Assembly (NCBI GenBank): GCA_039198535.1
Contig: JBCCTM010000001.1
Span: forward strand, 1 to 42,219
Length of the DNA: 42,219 nt
Source: Pseudomonadota bacterium
GTDB lineage: Bacteria > Pseudomonadota > Alphaproteobacteria > Rhodobacterales > Rhodobacteraceae
Direction of reading: 5' to 3'
Shown here: positions 9,131 through 15,750 of the stretch, in pieces
How the letters are laid out: each line of letters begins with the position of its first letter
How positions within the stretch are numbered: the first letter of the stretch is position 1
The notes under the pieces: generated by a model
What the model saw: the letters and a program-made list of their open reading frames with translations, nothing else
Told to the model about the DNA's origin: nothing
Database searches by the model: none
Program-made: the position numbers and the translations under genes

Positions 9131-11005
9131 GTGAGCTACTCAGTCGACGCCACTTGGCGTGAAGTGACTTCGCAGATCGTGCATGACCCGCGCTACAAAA
9201 AGCTCGCGACGGTGCCGATTGTGGCCGTGGAGCAAGTGGCGGTTATTCTGGCGGCGTACACCGTCTTCGGCTTGAGCACGCTGGGCTTTCTCTACGGCTA
9301 TTTGTGGTGGCCCGTCGCTGCGCTGATCAGCGGGGTGGCCATCTACGCCTCTTTCACACCGCTCCATGACGCGACCCACAGGTCGTTGTCGCGCAATCGC
9401 ATCGTCAATGACCTGCTTGGCACAATTTCGGGCCAGTTGATCTTTCCGGGCGTGACCGCCAGCGTCTACCGCACGCTGCATCTGACCCATCACCGTTTCG
9501 CCGGGGATAAGCAGCGGGATCCGGATGAGGCGTTCACGGCGCGTCGGGGCGTCTCACTGTGGCTCACCCTCGCCTTCATCGAGATCCATTGGCTCCAGTG
9601 GTATTTCGCGGGCGGCAAGGCGCATTTGCCGAAGCGCTTCTTTTGGGAGATGGCGGCCTTTCTCGCGGCCAACGTCATCATCACCGTGGGCTTCCTGGCC
9701 TCGCCCTATTGGTTTGAGTTCATTATCCTGTTCATGATCCCGCATCGGATCGGCACCACGCTGGTGGCGTACCTGTTCGCCCACATCCAGCATCCCGACG
9801 AAGTGACGTTTGAGGATCAACCGTTCCAGACGACGGCTTACATCCCTGCGAATTGGGTGGAGCGGTTCTTCATGCTGGGCCAGGCGGACCATCATATCCA
9901 TCATCTGCTGCCCAACCTGCCGCATTACCGCTACCGGCCGGTATGGGACTTCGCGAACAACCTGTTGGGACGACAGGATATCCCGCGCGGGTCATTCCTC
10001 GGCGCGCCGAAGCTCGGCCCCGCCGCCGCCGCCGCCGCCGCGCCGCGGACGATGACTGTGTTGGTCACCGCGGTCGAGGATGTGGGCGAAGGCGTCCGTC
10101 ACTACACCTTGGCGGATCCCGCCGGCGATCCGCTGCCGCGCCATGAGGCGGGCGCGCATATCGCCTTGCACCTGCCGAGCGGAGCGATCCGGCATTATTC
10201 GCTCTGCGGCGATCCGGCCGATGTGGAGGCCTATCGCATCGCGGTGAAGCGCGATGACGCGGGCCGCGGCGGCTCGAAGGAAGTCCACAGCGTCCTCGAG
10301 ATCGGATCGACGCTGACCATCGGCGCGCCCCGCAACAACTTCCTGCTTTATGAGGAAGGCGCGCGTTTCAAGCTGGTGGCCGGCGGGGTGGGCGCCACGC
10401 CGCTGCTCGCCATGGGGCATCGCCTGAAAGCGCTGGGTAAGCCGTTCGAGCTGCATCTCTGCGCGCGCGACGCCGCATCCGTTCCGTTCGGCGAGACGCT
10501 GGGCGAGCTGCCGTTCCATGACGAGATCGCGGTGCATCTCGACGGCCCTGACGGGCGGAGCAGCTTTGATCCCGAGGCGCGGCTTGGGCGCTACCAGGAG
10601 GGCGACAGGCTCTATCTCTGTGGCCCCGCCGGCTTCATGACTTGGCTGCGAGAGGCCGCGGCGGAGCTCGGATGGCCCGATGAGGCGGTCCTGTATGAGA
10701 GCTTCTCCGCCCCCATCGCCGACGCTGGCGCCACAGAGGCCTTCAAAGTCACCTTGGCCCGCAGCGGCAAAACCATCGAGGTGGGCGCGGATCAGGCGAT
10801 CATCGATGTGCTGCCCGATCTCGGCGTCCCAGTGGAGACCTCCTGCATGCAGGGCGTCTGCGGCACCTGCGTGACGGCAGTGCTGGACGGCGAGGTGGAT
10901 CACCGGGACGCGACGCTGACCGAAGCGGAACGCGCCAGCAACGCGGTGATGTGCGTCTGCATCTCGCGGGCGAAGAAAGGCCAGGATCTGGTCCTGGATC
11001 TCTGA
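9131..11005 (+). CDS. membrane fatty-acid-desaturase-type di-iron domain fused to FMN/NAD(P)H/[2Fe-2S] (PDR/VanB-type) reductase
   Basis: GTG 9131 follows GGGAGG. His boxes HDATH, HLTHH and HHIHH lie among hydrophobic helices. A poly-Ala hinge is followed by RHYSL, GGVGATP and CMQGVCGTC...C (C-x4-C-x2-C-x27-C). Confidence 0.85.
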   Translation: MSYSVDATWREVTSQIVHDPRYKKLATVPIVAVEQVAVILAAYTVFGLSTLGFLYGYLWWPVAALISGVAIYASFTPLHDATHRSLSRNRIVNDLLGTISGQLIFPGVTASVYRTLHLTHHRFAGDKQRDPDEAFTARRGVSLWLTLAFIEIHWLQWYFAGGKAHLPKRFFWEMAAFLAANVIITVGFLASPYWFEFIILFMIPHRIGTTLVAYLFAHIQHPDEVTFEDQPFQTTAYIPANWVERFFMLGQADHHIHHLLPNLPHYRYRPVWDFANNLLGRQDIPRGSFLGAPKLGPAAAAAAAPRTMTVLVTAVEDVGEGVRHYTLADPAGDPLPRHEAGAHIALHLPSGAIRHYSLCGDPADVEAYRIAVKRDDAGRGGSKEVHSVLEIGSTLTIGAPRNNFLLYEEGARFKLVAGGVGATPLLAMGHRLKALGKPFELHLCARDAASVPFGETLGELPFHDEIAVHLDGPDGRSSFDPEARLGRYQEGDRLYLCGPAGFMTWLREAAAELGWPDEAVLYESFSAPIADAGATEAFKVTLARSGKTIEVGADQAIIDVLPDLGVPVETSCMQGVCGTCVTAVLDGEVDHRDATLTEAERASNAVMCVCISRAKKGQDLVLDL

Positions 11006-11013
11006 CGCCCACG

Positions 11014-11044
11014 GCCGCGCGTCGCCAAAAAAGCAACGCGCGGC
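11014..11044. terminator. stem-loop between convergent genes (possible bidirectional terminator)
   Basis: GCCGCGCGT (11014-11022) pairs perfectly with ACGCGCGGC (11036-11044), with an A-rich 13-nt loop. There is no clear U-tract. Confidence 0.3.
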
Positions 11045-11116
11045 TTGCGCCCGAGATCCTACGAGGCGCATGGCGACCGCGGCGACGAAGACGCGCCGAT
11101 CGAGCCGCCTCGCTTC

Positions 11117-11551
11117 TCAGCCCGGCGCGCTCAGCGCGAGAAAACGTTCGATTTCTCGTCCCTTTAGGAAATTGTTCCCATCGATGTCGGCCTCATCGAA
11201 CACCGGCATCGGCCCCACGGCGTACTCCGCCGGGGTGACACGCCCGTCCCCATCGGCGTCCTGCGCCTGCAAAAATCGGGTCAGCCGATCCGCAGCGACG
11301 GGATCGCGCACCAAGGCCACATCATTGGGCTCCAAAACGCCGTTCTTGTTCAGATCGATCTGACGGTAGCGCTCCAGACGGAGCTTTCTGACCTCGGGCC
11401 GGGAAAGCATGCGATCGCCGTTGGCGTCGGCTTTCAGCATAAAGAGGCGCGCCGGCGGGGCGGCCTGCGCCGGCGCTGCGGCGCCCACCATCAGCGCTGC
11501 GGCGAGCGCCGCTGTTAAGGTGGCGCGCAGATCACGTGATTTCAGTGTCAT
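11117..11551 (-). CDS. exported EF-hand calcium-binding protein (four EF loops)
   Basis: ATG 11551. Signal peptide LTAALAAALMVGAAAPAQA. Four canonical 12-residue loops: DANGDRMLSRPE, DLNKNGVLEPND, DADGDGRVTPAE, DIDGNNFLKGRE. Confidence 0.85.
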   Translation of the reverse strand: MTLKSRDLRATLTAALAAALMVGAAAPAQAAPPARLFMLKADANGDRMLSRPEVRKLRLERYRQIDLNKNGVLEPNDVALVRDPVAADRLTRFLQAQDADGDGRVTPAEYAVGPMPVFDEADIDGNNFLKGREIERFLALSAPG

Positions 11552-11625
11552 CGGGTCGTCCTTTTTGCAGGGAATTTGGGCGATGCGCGAATGGGTCCCG
11601 CGCGCGCCACTCGGATTGGACGACA

Positions 11626-12162
11626 TCAAGGGCAGGCCACCACCTCGCCGGAGGCGTCGCGGCACGTCACGCTGCGCGAATAGCCATCCTCCCGGCTCCA
11701 GCTCGAACTCACCTCGGCGCTGCCCTGATCATTGGACCACGTCGCGTTACGCTCGGCCGAGCCGTCGCTGTAGCTGGTGGAGCCGCTATAGGAGCCGCGT
11801 TCGGTGGAGACATTTGTGTTTCGCCCGCCGGAGATCGAGCCATCGGCGGAGCGGGTGAAGCCGCCATAGCTGGTCGCCGAGCCGCGATCACCGCTCGTTG
11901 CAAAGCCGGAGCTATGGTTGACCGCGCCATCGGCGCTTCGGGTGGTCGCCCCGCCTGCGCAACCGCCGCCATTGGCGCCTCGGACGCATCCACCCCGGGC
12001 GCGGGCTTTATTGCCGGCGCTGTCCTCCCCGGTGACCACCGCGCCGCGGAACCCTGGGCCCGCCGCCGCCGGGCTCGCCGCCGCTACGACCAAACCCAAG
12101 GCGAGCGCGGAGGCCCCCGCCAGTTTGACCGCAGTGCGGAGTTGGCCTGCTCTCGTCGTCAT
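11626..12162 (-). CDS. exported Gly/Ser/Thr-rich repeat protein with two Cys pairs, unknown family
   Basis: ATG 12162 is preceded by AAGGAG. Signal peptide ends in SPAAA/GPG. High third-position GC. Lies 74 bp upstream of the EF-hand gene on the same strand. Confidence 0.6.
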   Translation of the reverse strand: MTTRAGQLRTAVKLAGASALALGLVVAAASPAAAGPGFRGAVVTGEDSAGNKARARGGCVRGANGGGCAGGATTRSADGAVNHSSGFATSGDRGSATSYGGFTRSADGSISGGRNTNVSTERGSYSGSTSYSDGSAERNATWSNDQGSAEVSSSWSREDGYSRSVTCRDASGEVVACP

Positions 12163-12280
12163 TCTAAAGCTCCTTGTTCCATCCGGGTCACCCCGACCTC
12201 GGATAGACAGGAACGTCGCCAGACCCCGTTTCAGGCTGATGTCTCGCGCGTTTCGCGGCGGGCGTCGGGGAGGCGTTTTT

Positions 12281-12318
12281 TGTAACCGTTCATGTCAGCG
12301 TGACATCCGGCGGTTACA
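12281..12318. promoter_or_regulatory. nested palindrome in the divergent control region
   Basis: Outer arms TGTAACCG (12281-12288) and CGGTTACA (12311-12318). Inner arms ATGTCA-GCG-TGACAT (12292-12306). TTACAG recurs at 12332-12337. Confidence 0.35.
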
Positions 12319-12379
12319 GAGCCGCCGCATATTACAGCGTCGGTGCGTCATAAGCGGGACGTGGGAGGACCATCGGGCC

Positions 12380-13144
12380 GTGCAGCCAGAGCAGCCAGTC
12401 ACCATCGCCGTGGTCGAAGACGACCCGGAGATCCGCAGCCTCGTGGGCGGCTATCTTGAAGCCGAAGGGTTCCGCGTCGTCGCCTGCGCGAACGGCGCGG
12501 CGCTGGACGCCTACCTGCAGGCGGGACGGCCGGATGTGGTGGTGTTGGATCTGATGATGCCGGGCGAAGACGGGCTGTCGATCTGCCGCCGCATCGCGCC
12601 GGCGCTGCCGGTGTTGGTGCTCTCGGCCAAGGGCGAGGATTTGGATCGGATCGTCGGGTTGGAGGTCGGCGCGGACGATTACCTCGCCAAGCCCTTCAAC
12701 CCGCGCGAATTGCTGGCCCGCCTCCGCGCAATCCTCCGCGCCAGGGCTCAAACATCCGCGCCTCCTCCCGCCCAGACGTCTCCGACGCCCAAGCCCGCGC
12801 CCCCGCGACCAGACGGCGGACCTCGCGAAATCCTCGTCTTCCAGGGGTGGCGCCTTGACGTGGATGGCCGCGCGCTCCGGGCGCCTTCGGGCGAGGGCGT
12901 CACGCTGACATCAGGAGAAATGACGCTGCTCATCGTGCTTGCGCGCCGCGCCGGGCGCGTGCTGAGCCGGGATCAACTGCTTGACGCCACGCGCGGCCGC
13001 GACGCCGACCCCTTTGATCGCGCGATCGACGTTCAGGTCTCCCGCCTGCGCCGGAAGCTGACGGCGGCGGGCGGCGCGAATCTGATCAAAACGATACGCG
13101 GCGACGGTTACCTCTTCGCCGCGGATATGGAGCGTCCCGCATGA
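12380..13144 (+). CDS. OmpR-family response regulator
   Basis: GTG 12380 lies 10 nt after GGGAGGA. Receiver domain (IAVVEDDPEI, VVVLDLMMPGEDG, SAKGE, DDYLAKPF) and winged helix (VQVSRLRRKL, IKTIRGDGYLF). The upstream part of track ORF 11918.. is a non-coding extension. Confidence 0.9.
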   Translation: MQPEQPVTIAVVEDDPEIRSLVGGYLEAEGFRVVACANGAALDAYLQAGRPDVVVLDLMMPGEDGLSICRRIAPALPVLVLSAKGEDLDRIVGLEVGADDYLAKPFNPRELLARLRAILRARAQTSAPPPAQTSPTPKPAPPRPDGGPREILVFQGWRLDVDGRALRAPSGEGVTLTSGEMTLLIVLARRAGRVLSRDQLLDATRGRDADPFDRAIDVQVSRLRRKLTAAGGANLIKTIRGDGYLFAADMERPA

Positions 13145-14535
13145 GCACGCGCGTGTTTTTTGGCTCACTCCCCAAACTGGGCCTGCGCGCCCTGGCCCTC
13201 ACCGTCGCGGCGATGCTGCTGCTGAACTTTCTAGTGCTGGTGGCGGCCTCGTATCTCGACACGCGGAAACTTGAAGACGTCGATCTGTTCGGCCCGCCGC
13301 TTCTCCGCCAGGCCGCGGCGGCGGCGACCTTATTGGAAAGCCTCGACGACGCCCAAATGCGGGCGGCGCTCGCCGCGCTGAATTCGCCGATGCTCCATTT
13401 CGAGATCCTCGATGATTTCAGCGCCACCCCCTCCATCGAAGATCCGCTCCCGGTGATTGTCCCGATCATCCAGACTTTCCGAAGCCGCCTTCAGGGACGT
13501 CCCTTCAGCGTCTATGTCCGGGACCGCGGCTATTTCGGATGGCGGATCCGCCGCAATACCGCCGACATCTACGAGGACATCATTTTGGTCCTCAGGCTCA
13601 AAGATGGCTCCGGCCTCGCGGTGGAGCTGGGGACCGAGTATCAACGGCTGCTCGCGCGAAACGTCTACCTCTACATCGTGGCGGTGGTGGGCCTTGTCCT
13701 CGTGGGTTTGATCGCCTGGGCGAGTTTTTCCTACGCGCAACCGCTGGCGCGGCTGGCGGCGCTTTCTCAGCGTTTCAGCCGGGATCTGCAAGCCGAGCCG
13801 ATGCCGGCGGACGGCCCGCAGCCGGTGCGCGATCTGGCGGCAGCCTTGAACGAGATGCAGCGCCAACTCCGCAATCTGGTCGGCGAGCGGACCGCAACCC
13901 TGGCGGCGATCGCCCATGATATGCGCACCTATCTGACCCGGCTGCGGATGCGCGTTGAGTTCATTGAAGGTGCGGAGCCGCGGGCGCGGGCGATACGGGA
14001 CCTCGACGACGTCACGCAGTTAATTGAAGACGCCTTGTCGCTGGGCGAGGCTGGAACACGCCCGCCGCGGCGCGACGATCTGGACGTGGCGGCGTTTCTG
14101 ACGGATTTCGTCGAGCGGCGGCGCGACATGGGCGCGGATGCGGAGGTGAGCCTCGCGGCGCCGCCAGGCGCCGCTGGCGCGCGCCTGGCGACGGATGAGG
14201 GCGACGTGACGCGGGCGCTCGACAACCTGGTCGACAACGCCCTGCGCTATGGCGGATCCGCCGCGATTACCGCCGCGTTGACAGCGGAAGGCGGGCTCGA
14301 GATTTGCGTCGCTGATCGGGGCCCCGGTGTGCCGGAAGAGATGTTGGAGACCGTCACGAAGCCCTTCATACGCTTGGAGACGTCGCGCTCGCGGGAGACC
14401 GGCGGCGCGGGCCTGGGCCTCGCCATCGCCGCGGCGCGGGCCGAGCGCGCGGGCGCCGGGCTCAAACTCGCCAATCACCAAGACGGCGGCTTGCGCGCGA
14501 GCCTGGCGTTTCCGGCGGACCGGGTCAGCTTCTGA
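13141..14535 (+). CDS. EnvZ-type sensor histidine kinase
   Basis: ATG overlaps the RR stop (ATGA). Two TM segments flank a roughly 140-aa periplasmic region. H-box AIAHDMRTYLTRL, N-box DNLVDNALRYG, G-boxes DRGPGV and GGAGLGLAIA. Confidence 0.9.
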   Translation: MSTRVFFGSLPKLGLRALALTVAAMLLLNFLVLVAASYLDTRKLEDVDLFGPPLLRQAAAAATLLESLDDAQMRAALAALNSPMLHFEILDDFSATPSIEDPLPVIVPIIQTFRSRLQGRPFSVYVRDRGYFGWRIRRNTADIYEDIILVLRLKDGSGLAVELGTEYQRLLARNVYLYIVAVVGLVLVGLIAWASFSYAQPLARLAALSQRFSRDLQAEPMPADGPQPVRDLAAALNEMQRQLRNLVGERTATLAAIAHDMRTYLTRLRMRVEFIEGAEPRARAIRDLDDVTQLIEDALSLGEAGTRPPRRDDLDVAAFLTDFVERRRDMGADAEVSLAAPPGAAGARLATDEGDVTRALDNLVDNALRYGGSAAITAALTAEGGLEICVADRGPGVPEEMLETVTKPFIRLETSRSRETGGAGLGLAIAAARAERAGAGLKLANHQDGGLRASLAFPADRVSF

Positions 14536-14537
14536 CG

Positions 14538-15527
14538 TCAGCTTCCGGGCCGCTCCGCACTCCCCTGACGGCGACCGATGCCGACCCGACCGTTCGACAA
14601 AACTCGGCGGTTCAAAAAGGTGTGCGCGGCCGCGATCAGCACCATCGCCGCAAAACCAAATCCGCCATAGAACAGCAGCGCTGAGAAGGCCGTCGCGCCG
14701 ATCGGGTCGGGCGCGCCGCCCTGCAGCTGCGCGGTGGCCGGGAACACCGACACCATCAGCAGCACCCCGAGGTTCACATTGCGCCCGACGATCTCGATTT
14801 GGATGGCCGCCTGGTCCTTCCGCTTGATGCGCAACAGCAGCGGGATGGCGAGCGTCATGGCCATCAACGCCGCGCCGAAGCCCGCGGTGACAAAGACGCC
14901 CGTGTAAGACAGCGCGCTCCAATCCACCCGGCCTGAGCCGAGCGCGCCGAAGAAAATCAAGGTGACCACCACCAACGAGGCGCGGATCGTGAAGGTCGAG
15001 ATCCAGCCTCGGTTCTGCGGCATGTATTTGTAAATCAACATGCCGACGCCGAGCGGCGTGAGCAGGAAGGCCACAATCTCCAGCGCGATACGACGGGCCG
15101 GCATCTCGAAATCGGGCGGCATCACATCGCGGATCATCACCGACAGCAGCACCGGCACGGTCACCAAGCAGAGCAGCGTCGCCGACGCTGTCAACGCCAC
15201 CGAAAGCGCCGAGTTTCCGCCTGAGATATGCGCGAGGACGTTCGTGAGCGAACCGCCTGGCGTGACAGCGATCACGGCGATGCCCGCGGCCAGCCCAGGC
15301 GAGAGACCCGCAAACTCAATCAGCAGCCACGCCAACAGAGGCGTCGCCGCCACCTGCAACACCAACCCGCTGATGAAGGCCTTGGGAAAGGCGAAGACCT
15401 TTACAAAGTGGTCGATGGAAAGGGCCGCCCCCATGCCGATCATGGCCAGGGTCAGCTGCGCCGCCGCGAACCAATATTCGTATTGAAGGTAGAACTCGAA
15501 CACCAAGTCCTGGTCCCCACTTCGCAC
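14538..15527 (-). CDS. bile acid:sodium symporter (BASS/SBF) family transporter
   Basis: Polytopic membrane protein with AVTPGGSLTNVLAHISGGNSALSVALT, typical of the SBF family. Confidence 0.75.
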   Translation of the reverse strand: MRSGDQDLVFEFYLQYEYWFAAAQLTLAMIGMGAALSIDHFVKVFAFPKAFISGLVLQVAATPLLAWLLIEFAGLSPGLAAGIAVIAVTPGGSLTNVLAHISGGNSALSVALTASATLLCLVTVPVLLSVMIRDVMPPDFEMPARRIALEIVAFLLTPLGVGMLIYKYMPQNRGWISTFTIRASLVVVTLIFFGALGSGRVDWSALSYTGVFVTAGFGAALMAMTLAIPLLLRIKRKDQAAIQIEIVGRNVNLGVLLMVSVFPATAQLQGGAPDPIGATAFSALLFYGGFGFAAMVLIAAAHTFLNRRVLSNGRVGIGRRQGSAERPGS

Positions 15528-15750
15528 CGCCCGCCCCGCGAGCCCCCATCATAGGGCCCGCGCCTCAAGGCGGCGCGCCCTTGCGTTTTCCCATGCCGGG
15601 TCGGGATCTCACGCCCCTGCGGATGCACAGCGCGCCTCTTCCTCCCGCCCGTCTACAGCATGGCGCGCGGCGCGCCTAACGCCGATCTTCGCTTTCCACA
15701 GGACCGCGCCCATTTTCGGGCGGCGCGCCCGTTTTGGTCTATGCGTCGGC

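Noticed and set aside
11918-12379. 154-codon extension upstream of the response regulator, overlapping the exported repeat protein gene on the other strand
   Set aside because: The receiver domain starts at GTG 12380, which has a good RBS. The extension is Pro/Ala/Arg-rich and contradicts the better-supported minus-strand gene.
14533-14540. TGACGTCA (CRE-like palindrome) between the histidine kinase and the BASS transporter
   Set aside because: It is simply the two convergent stop codons (TGA and the complement of TGA) separated by CG. No regulatory meaning is needed.
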